Source of the DNA: the human T2T-CHM13v2.0 reference genome, Homo sapiens
Strand: one strand, 5' to 3'
DNA: 64,000 bases
Assembly (NCBI RefSeq): GCF_009914755.1
Contig: NC_060930.1
Each line of letters opens with the position of its first letter. Within the stretch, counting starts at the first letter, position 1. A program made the position numbers and the translations under genes. The notes below the pieces were generated by a model, which saw only the letters and a list, made by a program, of their open reading frames with translations, was not told where the DNA came from and searched no databases. Below, in pieces: positions 24,156-37,800 of this stretch.

Positions 24156-26868
24156 GAATTGATAATTCATTAATTTAACCATTGAGGTTAATTTAACATT
24201 GAAGGTTAATTTAACATTAACCTTCAATCCATCCTAGATCCAATGTTTAGAGCTGGAAGAGACATTAGAGATCATCAGGCATAGCCAAAATAAAAAACTC
24301 CAAAAAGTCTAAGATCAAAGACTTTGTGGTTAGAACTAGAATCTTGGTCTGCTCAATCTGTCAATTCTCATATCATGTGGTCTCTCTGTCAGTTTCTCTA
24401 CAATGAATGATTCCCATTGGAGAAAGAAGTTGCCGTGGGTCAGGAGGGTTAAAAAATAACCCTTTCCCAGAGAGAGGGAGTCTCTAGGAAATAATTTTCT
24501 GAGATAACATGCGTCGTGAATCACTCATAATTCCCTGCTTCGATGAGTAATAAGCAGAGTGTTTCTCCCATGTTCTGTTCTTGGAAATGTATCTTGGAAT
24601 AACTTACATTCAAGGAAGGATAAAGAGGTTAAACTTTTAGGTTTTAATTCTAATGAGGGACACTGGTTCCCTACTCTGATGGCAAAGCTTGTTGTATACC
24701 CTGCGGCATGTTTCAAGAAGCCCTTTGAGTTCTTCTGGTTTATGAGTTGTCTCCAAGGCAGGAGGTAGAGCAGGAGCCCCAGGGTACAGGCTCACCCACA
24801 CAGCAAAGCAAGAGCTTATCAGAGCTGCCCTCCAGGCTGTTGGGTTTTGTTTGGATGCTGCAATAATTTCTGCTGATGAAAGAGAGTAGACTGCCCTCTG
24901 GAGCAGCTGTTTTACTGCCCCTCTAGGAGAATGGGCTCTGGACTTTTCAATTTCCCCAGAGTAGTATAATCCTCCAACAACAGTGAGGTCTGACAGGGTT
25001 GCCAAACCTGTATTTTGCCAACAAGGACATTATAAACTAAACCAAGAAGATACGACTATTACCTCATATATATCATTAGAATTTCATAAGACATTTAACA
25101 TTTCACATGAAAAAAGAGGGAAGAAAGTTAAATTTGGAAAAATAAGACAATGCTTATGACTATATTTAGCTTTATAGAAAACTCTCTACATTGTCATTAT
25201 TTTTCTCATCTCACCATGAACGAATAAAGATTTTGGCAAGGATCAGTCATGGTTCCCCAAACAGTTTTTGCGTCTGATCTCAGGACCCAAAATTTAAATG
25301 CAAGAAGGATGTTGTATTTTCTCAGCCTGACTGTCAATAGTACCAATTCACAGCCAGCAACAACTGTTCACAATGGAAGGACGCCATCATTCCTTCAGAC
25401 AAACGAATCTCTCTTCTTTCTTTACCTACTTCCCTAAAAACACTTCTGTGTGTTCACAGTATTGCCGAATCTTGGACCCACATCATCCTGCTCTCCTACT
25501 GAGGTGTTCTGTTGGCCTCCAGCTGAGGCAGGACAAGTCAGGAAGGTGGTCTTGGGCTGTAACAGCTCCCAGGACCCCCACTTGTAAGTGCTAATCCAGC
25601 GCTGAATCTTAGCTGTTCTGCACACTCTTCCCACGTTAGTTCCCAAATGTGCATTTGGCACAAGAATCCCAACAGCCAGTGCAACTGGCTTTCATCAGCA
25701 GGTTCACAGCTGTGGGGTTCCCGTTGCCGTCTGCATGTGGTTTTGGAGCGTGACGTGAGCCTGCATAGAGACACATCCATGCTTTCTGTTGTTTCCTTGT
25801 GAAGGCAAAGGCAGACCTATGAAATGAAACTATTGTCTTATTCACCTGTAATTATTTTTTTCTTAATTCTCTCTGACTTACCTAAATTGCGTCCTTCACT
25901 TTTTACTGGGTTTCTTGATTGGAGGGATATTGATGTTGGGAGAAAAGTGCCTTTTGACAATCTACTGAGCTGCAGCCTTCAGAGACCAAGATCCCAGGAT
26001 GCTTGCCTCCTGCGGAGGAATTGTTCAGGTCTGCAAGTGTGGCCTTTGTTTGCTTTCAACTCACAGAACACTTGTGTTTGCGTAGGTACAATAGAAGGTG
26101 ACAGTGATTCGAAATGCATTTTTGAGAGGCAATTACATACAAACAGGGCTTTGATCAGTGACACTATGTCTGTGCTCTTTAGCTTGAGTGACACAATTAG
26201 GTGCTTTTTTGTTTGGTTTTGAAGAACCCATTCAAGAACATACTGGAAACATGTGAGCAAGTGGATTTGTTGAAATATACTTATTTTTCAGCCTTTGATT
26301 CTTTGAGACAGGCATAGGGTGGAGGCCATAAACCACTTAACATATCAACCAATGTCTACCCTTGTCTTGCACTGTGTTGGGGCCTAGTCAGGAGATGCAT
26401 AGGTAGTCACATGGTCACTCCTGACTTGGGAAGGGTCGGACCAGGAATGAGCCTCTGTCACAACGCAAACCCACTGCAGCCATGTCCGTGGCTTCTCCCA
26501 GACAGCCCTGCTGTATGGCCAAGAAGGCAAATGCAGTGGGCCCTTCTTAGAATGAGAGAAAACTACACTTCTAGGCTGTGCCTGGGTTCATGAAAACAAA
26601 ATAGAGTCTCTGACTTATGTGATATGTCTCAGGGCATTCAGTTAGTCCTTCTTTTTCTTAATATGTATTTATCCAGCACCTACTATTTACTGAGTGTTGG
26701 GGACACAAAGATCAAAGGCAGTCCCTGTCTTTACGTCAAGTCAGAAGATGAGAACAAATGACATAATCTTGTAATACTCAACAGAAATAGCATGTAGGGT
26801 ACCAAGAAGGCATCAAGGGGGAACTTGGTGAGGTTTGAATGATGAATATACACCAGAAAGGGGAAGAA

Positions 26869-27171
26869 TGTGTGTGTGTGTGTGTGCATGTATGTGTATG
26901 TGGGTGAGCCTGCATGTGTGTGCATGCATGTTCATGTGTATGCATGTATGTGTATATGGGTGAGCGTGACTGCATGCGTGTGCATGTATGTGTATGTGGG
27001 TGAGCCTGCCTGCATGTGTGTGCATGCACGTGCACATGCATGCATGTGCGTGGACAGGCATGTGTGTCCATGTATGTGTGAGTGTACATGCACATACATG
27101 TCTGCATGTGTGCATGTGTGCACACGTGAGCATGCATGTGTGTATATGCATTAGTGTATTTACATGTGTGT
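26869..27171. repeat. (TG/CATG)-rich alternating purine-pyrimidine tract
   Basis: Repeated GTGTGCATGTATGTGTATGTGGGTGAGCCTGC units. Confidence 0.9.
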
Positions 27172-27499
27172 ATTTTTGCACAGATGTATTCTTAGTTTGC
27201 CTTTCTTCCTTTTTAACTACATTTATACCAATCGTGGTTTGCTTTGTGAGGAGTTTTGTTGTCAGGGTGCATCACCTCTCTGCCCTGACAAAGATCTGAG
27301 CACCTCCCAAAGACACGGTTTGCTGCCAGTCTCTCAACGGATGGTTACCTCCCACATAACACACTGTGCATTCCACAGGAACTGGAGGTGGCGTGGCATC
27401 ATCCTTGCTCTCTCTGGACCCCTATGTGTCTTTCATCCATAAAATAAACAAGCAAAACAAAAGATAAGCCCCCAGCATCTTGGAAGCATGTGCTCCCAG

Positions 27500-29770
27500 A
27501 TTGTTCCCAGTGTGGCCTCTCTGTGTTGAAGTTATCTGTTGTTCTCCAGGCAGTGCCAGAGTTCCACTGCCACATCCCTGTCTTTTCTCTGCACCAATAC
27601 TCTGACCCCCATTCCTGGTAACTTTGCCATCCAGGTAAAGGGTTAGTGAGCCCCTATGTCTGTTTCTCGATTCCCTCATCTCCTGTAGAAGCTCTCCTCC
27701 TCCCACTTTTGCTGTCCACTTTCATGACCATTTCCTCATACTTTGTATGACCAATAACCACACTCCCTACAACATATTTAATTAAAGCTTCCCATTCTCT
27801 AACCCAGCCTTTTATCTTTCCAGCTCCCTTTGATGGTACTTCAGCACCAATAAGACTTCATGTAAACCCAGGCCTCCAATTCATTTTTTCTCCCCAGCTT
27901 TCAATGTCCCTCCCTCCCTGTATCTCCTGTTCCTCTCCTCACCCAGCTTCGATTTCATGGACCATTACTATTGCGACTCCTTTGAATACCTCCTCAGTGC
28001 CCTCGTCCCTCTATTTCTCCATTGCACTCTCTAAATAAACGCACAGTTTTAATTAAATCCAACTCTATTAGCTGTGTGCCCATACCAGGCCAGTTGAACG
28101 TGGCCTGGGAAAAATTACCTAATTGTGCTGTTGGTGGGAGGAGTGTCTCACCTTAAATTTCTTATCACGAATGCTAAGTGAATCCTCAGCACTGCCTGGC
28201 AATACTAGCACACCTCTCAGCTCAACTCACCTTATCTCCCGAATGTCCATTCCATACTTCTTCCTCTCGTTGGGTGCCCAATAGCCCCTCTGTCATTCTC
28301 AGTCCCAGCAGAGGACTTTACAACTTTTCTCTGAAAAAATAGAAATAATATATAGGAAAATTCCTCATGTTTTCATCATAAATCTGCCCATCTGTAATAA
28401 TGCACTGAGAGCTGGTTTTATAACCCACACTTAAAATCCGACCAGTCACACAGGCCCAAATCTTGGTAGCTGTCCTTGATCTCTCTCTTCCTCTCATAGT
28501 TCCCATTCCCCCAGCAGACTGAGATCAGAAAATGCTTACACCCCCAAAATCCACTTTGAAGCCCGCTAAGTCCCACCTTCCACACCACACCCAAACCCAG
28601 TATCTTTGTGTCTCATCTGAGCCATTGCTATAAACTCTTGACTTAGTTGGCATTGAATTTGCCTACCATAAACTCCAATAAACCAGTGGCTTAAATTATT
28701 CTGTGTGAAGCTGATCCTTCACACAGGATAATTCCAGAGGTGGCACATTCCAGACTGCTGTGGAGAGTCTTATGGTTATCAGAGACCCAGGCTTCTGCCA
28801 CCTTCCTGCTCTGCCATCCTAGAGTCAGCTCACTGCCCCTGATCCCTGTATCTCTCTGGTCATCACTGGACTCTTTTGATCAAGCCAGGAGGTGAAAGGA
28901 AGGCAAATACGATTCACGCCACATGCCTGTCTCCCTTGCCAGCAAAGTTCTCAGAAATCCAGAGCAACTTCTGATTACATCCCAATCAGCAACTCCTATC
29001 TGAAGAAGGGCAAGTAAATAGTTTCTGAGGTAGCTACATGACCATCCAGGAAAAACATTCCAAACTTCCTTGCTGAGTAAAAGAAAGAGATGTGTTGGCT
29101 GGGCAGGTCATCTGCAGTGCTTGCTGAGCCCACGCCTGGCTTCACTGCTTCTGTGATCCACGCCCCAGTCCATCCCCATGCAGCAGCCCACGTGATTTTA
29201 AACTGTAAATCAGGGCACATTACTCTCATCTTTAAATTATGAAGTAACTTCCCATCACACTTAAAATGAAATCAAAGGTTCTCACCAAGTCCTTCACGGT
29301 TCTTCATGATCAGGTCCCCAAATCAGCTCTGCTTATCCTCTCTTGGGCTCCTTCGTGCTGCTCCTCCCCAGCCACATTGTTTTCTAAACATACCAAGCTC
29401 ATGTCCACGTCTGATGTCTTTGCACTTACTGGTTTTTCTACCAAGAACCCCGGCCGCCGGATGTTCACATTTCCTTCTCCCTCTCTTTAGTCATATTCCT
29501 GCTAATCTCTTATCTGCTCTAATATCCGTTACCACGACCACCCTGTAATTCCCATCCTCTCCTCCATCATTTCGTAGCCCAGCCTCATGGAGGTCCTCCA
29601 TCTTGCCTAAATTCCAGCAGTGTTTTTATTTGTTTAGTAATCATTGTCACCATCTGCACTACCTTCTAGCTCCATGAAGGCAGGGAGTCTGCCTCGTTCA
29701 CCAATTCCTAGAATGGTGCCAGAGTCTAATAGGGGCTAAAAAATTGTTGAATGAGAGAATTAATGAATTC
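27500..29770 (+). mobile_element. Long degraded L2 LINE interrupted by an MLT1 LTR
   Basis: CT-rich L2-like sequence ending in the L2 3' signature CTCCATGAAGGCAGGGAG...AATTGTTGAATGAGAGAATTAATGAA. Confidence 0.7.
28650..29120 (-). mobile_element. Old MaLR LTR (MLT1J/K/L-like)
   Basis: CAGTGGCTTAAA...AGAGACCCAGGCTTCTGCCACCTTCCTGCTCTGCCATCCT motif. Confidence 0.6.
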
Positions 29771-30629
29771 TAATTTTGAGGCATTGGTTTTGCTTTATTT
29801 GTAAAATCTAAAAAGCCTTGTTAAAAGAACATCTCTATAATTTAGAAAAACTTAAAAGATGCTGCTAAAACTTTGCAAACTTCAGCTTAATTAATACATT
29901 TTCTTGCAAACATGAGGTTTAAGATACTAACAGGAGGTTGTCCATGAGCATACTTGAGTATATTGGCTTTCTAGAGGTTATCAGAAACAATAACACTAGT
30001 ATTTTGAAGTATACTATTGAATGCATATCAATTGAACACATATCGTACATGTTAATTACGAACTGTACATTCCATTTTATTTAGACATATGGCTAGTTTA
30101 CTTAGGTGATGATATTTAACTATTTTACATTTGTATGAAAGACTTCTTGCAATTTAGAAACCATTGTAATACATTTCTGCTGTTAATGCAGTTTTTAAAA
30201 AGTGACTCATTTGAGTATGTAGCCATGGAGATTAAGCAAAATATAACACAGGCAAAAAGTTAAAAAACAAAAAAAAACTCTATTCATCAACAAGAGGCAT
30301 GCTCCGAGGTTCCTTAGATTACTGAAATCTAACAAATTGGATAGCTTACAAAAATCTGAAAACTAACATCCAGTCGGAGTCGCTAGCAAGTTTATGTGAA
30401 GTCATTGACCCGGACCCAAGGGTAGACCTCTTGAACACAATCAATACAGGTGCAATCAGGTAAGAACATTCTACTGTTTTATTAAAGTGCATCTAATTCA
30501 AAACTCAATAACCCTCACACATCCTTAATCAGAGACGACATCCTGGGAGGTATTTCCATGAGTGATCTTAAAACTCTGGCTTTTGGTTTGTTAGCAAGAC
30601 TTTCTGTAAATAAGAATCTCGGAATTCTG

Positions 30630-31490
30630 TTTCTTTTCGCCTCCACGGAACGCCTGTCACCCTCCTCTCCTTGCCTCCATGTTTTCGACTGTAGTGAACA
30701 TGCTGAAGCCGTCCGCCCCTTTCCCTTTACAATGGAAAGGAATTCTCTGGGGTGGGCTTGGAAAAGTGGAGTCATCCTCCTTGGAAAGTAGACACCTGAG
30801 AGGGCGCGGTGTCCCTGGGCTTAGCGCTGCGCACAGCCCTCCCCTCCCTCTAGGCCTCTGAACGGCAGCACCTGCGAGAATCCCAACGAAGGACGAAGCC
30901 AGGAGGCAGGGATCTTGTTTTCAGAAGGAATATGAACCAAAATATGGTCAGAACAAGAGAATGGCTGGCGCGCAGGCCTGGCACGCGGGATCTTCTTGGC
31001 GGTGGCTGCAGCTTTTCGGGGCCTGCCTGGCGCGTTCCGCTGTCATACGTGAGGAGTTGCCATTTGGAAGCATTGAGGGGAACCTGGATTCATCTTCATG
31101 TGGTTAACCTGAAGTGTATTGCGAATATGAGGGCTCATATTCAAGGGTACGGATGTGTCTCAGCTGGGCAGGGCACTCGCTAACCCCCAGCTGGGGCGGG
31201 AGCAGGGGTACCTGCGGCACCAGAGGTACGTGGGGCCTGGCCCCGGCTGCGCGGCAGCTTCTCCTTTGCAAACAAAAGTCCAGAGCATTCATTCTTAACA
31301 CTGCCTCCACCGAGAGACGTCTTTGACCTTTTCCAGGGTAAAGGGCAGCAACGCCAACACCTTCTCCCAAAGCACAGCACGTCTCCTTTTTGGCAGGCGA
31401 TTGATCTGCCTGCTCTACCTTGGACACCGAGCTCTGTCCACGCAGGAGGCTAAGCCCACGGGAACCGAGCGTTTCATCAGGGTCATGCGC
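30630..31490. promoter_or_regulatory. CpG-enriched unique segment, candidate promoter/enhancer (weak CpG island)
   Basis: Roughly 40 CpGs in about 850 bp by eye against CpG-depleted flanks. GC box GGGGCGGG near 31193 and several GCGCG runs. Confidence 0.55.
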
Positions 31491-32384
31491 CATGGTTAGG
31501 AGACTTTCTTTCTTTCTTTTTTTTATTGCACACTTTATTTTCATCTGCATCCAGTTAGCAATATGGTGAGAATTAATATGCATTGGAATTAAAACACTCA
31601 GCTCGCTCATTTATACAGCATTTACCAGGAGCCTCTTGTGCTTGGAACACGGCTAGGTGTTCGCCTGGACCCACTGAAAGCATGCCCCCTGCTCCTCAGA
31701 GGCACCAAGTTCAGCAGGAGTGAGGCAAGCAGAAAAGAAGTTAACAGAAAAACAGGAGTGCGCTTTGCTGAGGAAGGACAAAAGAAAGAGCATCAGGCCA
31801 CAGAGGCTGATGCTGATGAATACGTCACACCCAGAGCGTTTTATACACGTAGATTCCAGTGTGAATGGCTATGGTAATGACACCTGCCAGAATTGTGCAG
31901 TGAACAACCTGGGCAGCAGTATGTTGTGGTCCAGAGAGTAGTAGAGTTTTCTCTAGAGAAGCTCTGGAATAGCCTCACAACCAAAGGAGGTAAGATGGTA
32001 GAACAAATAGAAATTGACCAGGATATGAGGAAGGAAAGAGGTATTGCAGACAGAGCCGACAACAAATGGAGCAGCTCAGAGCCTTGGGAGAGTTCTGTAT
32101 CAGTTAGTAACTTTGTGCTGTGTGAGCCAGTCCTGTCACAACGTAGCTATGTTATGCTGGTATCTAGGCGGGGAAAGTTGTAACTAGCCCCAGAGTGGTA
32201 GAAGGAGATACACTGTTCCACAAAATGAAGAATTTTTTTTACCATAATCCCAGAATTCCTCATAAGGAGCTCATGGTGTTAGGAAGAGTCATGGTATTAA
32301 GGGGACTTGGGACTCCTGGGGCAGCTCAAGGACCAGGAGGAACTCACAAAGAATTTGCTTTGCTGCTTGGCAAGGAGAGGGAGA

Positions 32385-32747
32385 ACACACACAGTACATG
32401 CACACACACACACACACACGCAGGCACAAATGCACACACACAAACACATGCACACAAACACACAAACGCTCACAAACACGTGCATGCACACACAAATACA
32501 CACACGCACACACAAATGCACAAACATAAACACACATGCACACACACACATGCACGCACATGCACACACACGCACACACACAAATACACGTGCACCCCCC
32601 ACTCCCCCCACACAAACACACATGCACACACAAATGCACAAACACACAAACATGCACACACACAAATGCACACACATGCACACAAACACACACACACATG
32701 CACACACACAAACACACGTGCACTCCCCCCCCACCACACACACACAT
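32385..32747. repeat. (CA/CATG)-rich imperfect microsatellite
   Basis: ACACACAAATGCACAC-type units; source of His/Thr-rich spurious ORFs. Confidence 0.92.
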
Positions 32748-33074
32748 ATGGTGAGGGGAGGAGACATCGGCCTGGATGGGGGTTAAGAAACAAAGTGTTT
32801 ACGCTGATTTCTGTGGGGGCGTGGTTTCTGGTTCCTGCCTCTGCCAGGAGGGGAGGGGATGAGTAGCTTATTTTCATGGAATGTAAAAAACTGCTGATTT
32901 CTACAGTACGTGGATGTGTGGGAGGAACTGGGGGAGCAGAGAAGGGCGTCAGAGTAGGTCACATTGGACTCCTCTTCAGGGCTATGGCAGGAGCAGAAGT
33001 GTGGGATTTATAGATGCGAATTTATAGATGAGAAGGTGGAATTTATAGATGAGAATTTGAGACTCATCTTTCAG

Positions 33075-33300
33075 AAATAACAGTAGTAATTTTTAAAATG
33101 TCTAATACTTATGTAGGCACTATTCTTAGCACCCTGTGTGTACCGATTCCTTTATATTTGCAACAATCTCTTGTAAGGAGGTTCTATTATTACTCCTGTT
33201 TTCAAGGCGAGGAAATGGAGGCAGAGATTTCAGATGACTTGCCTGTGGTTACACAGGTGAGAGCTGCAGAGCCGTCTGACACTAGAACTTGTGTTGTTCA
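33075..33300 (-). mobile_element. MIR SINE
   Basis: TATTATTACTCCTGTTTTCAAGGCGAGGAAATGGAGGCAGAGA...GACTTGCCTGTGGTTACACAG. Confidence 0.75.
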
Positions 33301-34639
33301 TTGTGACATTATGTTGGAAGTTGAATATGTCGGAGTAGAAGGGATTTCTGAGAGAACGGAGGAGGAAAAGAAGGAGGAAGAGGAGAATGGAATTTTGGAG
33401 AATACCTACATTTGTGCTGCGTTATGGGGCTATGAAGGAAACAGGCCACGGGAGGGAAGAGGGTACCTTTTGGTCTAGAAGGTTCAGCCTTTCTCCTCTA
33501 TTCCCGCATGCAGCCTGCGATCTAGGGCCAGCCATGACCAAACCCTCGTGCCTCATCTGCTTCCCTCCAGCTCCTCAGACTCGCCCTTCAGGGCGCCTGC
33601 TGTTCAGAGCCTGCATGGGAATCCGCATGAGGTCATATTTTGCCTGGAGAGCAGTGGACGCCACAGTGCACCATGGCCAAGATCCATCTCCCAATCCTGA
33701 CTGCAAGTTTCTCGGAGCCGGAGCACAAATTTGCCATGCATTCTTTTGTTCATTCTTTTATTACTGTATATTCATTCGCAGGTGATATGCATATGTCTGT
33801 GCGGTGGAAGGCTGAAAATGACTTGATTCCTTCTTAGGGCATTTGGAATCTAGTCTGAGAGTCTGGAATATTTGGTTCCTAATGAACCATAGAAATATCG
33901 TTGAAATATTTCCCCATTCCACTAATCATTAGGCTGAGGCTGACAAAACCATTACATGTTAAGATTTTTAAATGGTCTCTGTAAATGAAGAAAACACACT
34001 CAGAATTCACAGGAGAGAGATATAAGCACAGGACATAAAATGCCCAGAAGTACCAAGGACATTCTAGTTTTAGAATAAAGAGCCCAGTGTCCAAGCATGA
34101 GGTGGATCTGCAGTGCCCCTGGGGCTGAGCCAGTGCTCCCCATGCCCCCGAGCTCCCCAAAGAGTTTCCACTGGGTGAAGCTTTGATACCAGGCAGCCTC
34201 TCTTCTGATTCTTTGGAGAATTTTTATAGTTTTAATTGCAACTGATTTCTTAGAACTAATAAAGTAGGTTTATGACAATTGTAGTAAAAGTTAATTCACA
34301 ACTCCTGTCTAATGAGCAAGGTTCTCTCCTCCAGGGGGAATGATTCCTGAATTCTTTTCATCTTTGCAGACACGGCGAGCCTGGGTAGGAACTAGAACTT
34401 GTTCGAAGAGCATATTGTCAGGAAGCTGACAGGATTTACCTAGAGAAATGGGAAGCACAGGTGCACAGATTTCGTTTTGTCCTGTGGGGAATTAAAATCT
34501 ATTTTTAATCGGTGCAGTAGCAGAGGAGAACCCTGTGTGTGCTTACTATGAACAGTGGCAGCTGACGGAAGCCTGGCAGTTGTCATTCCAGTACTGGTTC
34601 TTAAAAAATATCAAATCCTCAGCTGAAAAATCTGGACAG

Positions 34640-34850
34640 AAGAGTAGTAGCAAACATTTATTGAGCACTTACATGCCTGGTACTGTGGGCTTCATTTGCA
34701 TTATTTTATTCCTTTTCACGTCAATGCTATGAAGGTGCTATTATTATCCATAAGGCAACAAAGGACCTGAAGGATTTAAGCAACTTCCGTAAGTTCTGGA
34801 GGCTGTGATAAAAACCTCCATGTGAACACCAGGCTGATACATTCTCTACA
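34640..34850 (-). mobile_element. MIR SINE fragment
   Basis: GCAAACATTTATTGAGCACTTACATGCCTGGTACTGTG...TATTATTATCC. Confidence 0.6.
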
Positions 34851-37800
34851 ACTTCACTCCATCTATCCTCCCTGTGTGGGACTGCCAGACTTACCTAGAA
34901 CCCCATGAAATCCCCCTTTCTACAACACTGTGCACCCTTCCAGAAACACAACTTTCATCTCTGTGCAGGTCAGACGCAGTCCCCAGCAGGGAGCCTGTCC
35001 TATGAATCGGCATTCAATCAATATTGGTCAAATGAATGCATGGGTGGATGGGTGGATGAGAACAGTGTATCTCACTAAATTTTCTACCATGTTAGTCTGT
35101 GACCAGAAGCCGTCTGGGATGAATGTGCAGGAGTTTGGTCAATAGAGATTTGGGAGAAGCATCTCTACTTACAACAGATGTTAACCTTTCGAGAAAGTAT
35201 GTGGTTGGTTGCCTGCATATTTGATGAAGCAAATATCGGTGAAGTAGCTAAATCCCAGTTCATTGTGGAGAAACACTCAATTCATAAAATCCTTTTAATT
35301 GTGACTGGGAAAGAAGGCAAATTAAGAAGAGTTCAATAGTGTGAACACTTATAATACAAGGCAAAAGAAATATTAAATCAGGGAATATATTAGTAATAAA
35401 CAAGTTGAATAGAAACATATAATAGATGCTCAATAATGCTTCGTCTAATAAATGTCTGTTGAATTGGATTTAATATGCCCTAATGAAATGGGCTTGTATT
35501 TTAGTTTTAGCTCTATGTTCTGGGGTTTTTATTACATGAAAATACGGCATATGATATTTATAAGTACAGGGAAAAGCATAGCCGATCTGAATTATTTCAC
35601 TATCTTGTCATTCCTGTCCGTAAATTATTCTCTCCTATTTTGAAGACCCCGATTCTCATACTGCAGTTTCTAACACGTGACTATGGTGGTGATGTGTCAT
35701 TTACTGAGACAAGCAGCCTTCTTTCCTCATGGAAGGACACCCCCATTTTTGGAGAGATCAAACATCTGAGCTCAAGAGCTCAAGAGGACAGCAAACATCT
35801 CCTTAAAGTCCTACACAGCTGCAAAGCAAACACTGCTCCATCCTGGGGACGAGGGGAGGGGAGAACACATTGTACACCTTTAGACTTGCATGTAAGCACG
35901 ATGGACCCCAGCTTCCTCCTGGGGTGAGCTTGGCTTAGAAACTTCACCCCTCTACTTCTCTTCCCTCCAGGGACACATTAGGGGAAGGCGTGGTGTTGAA
36001 GGGGGAATGAAACTACTGACTGCTGCAAAAAGCAAGAGTACTGCCTGGCTCCCAGGAGGGTGTGGGAAATCTGCGTTTCTTATATTAGGATGGTGTGAAT
36101 CCTGAACGTAAAACTCCTATCGTCAAATGTCATTATGTTCTAGTGCTTCATGATAGGTTAATAATATCAGACTGTAAGAATATCCCGTACCAAACTGCGG
36201 AGGGAACTCACCCTGAGGAACTAAATGAACTCACATTTGTTTAGTGTCTTGTGGGTATCACGTGTTATGCTAGGCCCTTTCCATGTTTTATTTAATTCTC
36301 GAAGGTATCTCATCAGTTAGAATAGCTTTGTCTATGTTTCACATCTGGGAAGGAGAGGTAAAGTTCTCTCTCCAAGATCATATTTACTAAATGAATTCTA
36401 AAACCCATGTCCTTTCTCTGTACCTTATTGTCAATAATTATTCCAGAAATAAGCACAGAGATTTGGGATATGTTAAGCAAGTGATCTTTTTGTGAACTGA
36501 GCTTTCATTCCTCTTACATCTCCTCTTAAATTTTTGATTATGTATTTAACTCAAGAAATCAGTTTTACTTAGTTACCTTTTGCATACCACTCAAACTCTC
36601 TTGCTTCTCTAATATTGCATTTTGGGAGACTTTTCCTGACTTAGCTACCCCGACTCTGCCTACCAAATCCTATCTCTTTTCTTCTTCAAAATTTGATTGG
36701 CAATTTACCACCTTTATACAGCTTTCTCAGATTAATTCTACTGTTGAATTTACATATACAACATAAGATAACAATCAGATCTATTGAATATTTATGATTG
36801 TTGGCTGGGGTTTCATCAGGATTATTCTCTGTGTTGTGTTTAGTGGTTTATTTCACTTTAATATGAGCTCTGCAAGAGTTCAAGACTGTGCATGCTCATT
36901 CCTCTGTCCTAAGTGCCAAGTAGGGGCCTGGCAAATAGATGATACTTGGTACATACCATGGTTTTTAGTTAAATCAGTCAGTGTGGACATCAGGTTTGGG
37001 GTTATGTTATCATCTCTAAGTTTTTGTAGCATCTTTTGCATGAAGTTCAAAAGTCTTTCCCCCAGATTATATTCTTTTTTAGCCTGTTTCTCTTACTACT
37101 TTTAAGATTAATTACCTTGTCTCCACAATAGCTCTTTGCTGACTGTTTTACTGTCTGCACCATCAGGCTCCATACATCTAGACTATTACTATGGCAGGAC
37201 TAGGAAAGGCAGCAGTTAGTGAGGCTTAGAATATTCCTGGAAGAAAACATGAATACTTGTTAGGGATAGGAATGTTTCTGAAATAATTAAATGTTTAACT
37301 GGAAGGGAAAATGTCTTCCTAGGTTTTTATTCTTTAATGTTAGATAACTCCACGTGGTGTGTGTGCACATGCATGCACACGTGTGTGTGTCGTGCATGTG
37401 TCTCTGTGTAGGCACGCACTTACGTGTGTGTGTGAGCTCATATGTGCATTTAGCCTGTGTTGAATGCCTTCTGATGTCTTCTCAATCATCCATCTCTACA
37501 TTAAAATTTGGCCTCTGTTTTTCTTTTACAATACCTTGTTTTTCTTTCAGTACTCACAGAATAAAGCAAGATAGCAAATTATTTCACATTCCTATAGACA
37601 TTTCTGTTTAGTATAGTGAATGAATGAATGAGAAGAAATGCTAATATTCTTGAAATACATGCGAATGTATGAGAATAAATGCTTATGTGACACTGAAGTA
37701 AAAGCATTCCAAATTGCTCCCTTGTTTCACATGCATAATTACTGGTTTCTTTTAATAAACTGGTGATCATATCGTATTCTACAGCCAAATAGGAACTTCT

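Noticed and set aside
32195-32877. Long His/Thr- or Cys/Val-rich ORFs (also 26731-27299)
   Set aside because: Produced by stop-free CA/TG simple repeats in several frames.
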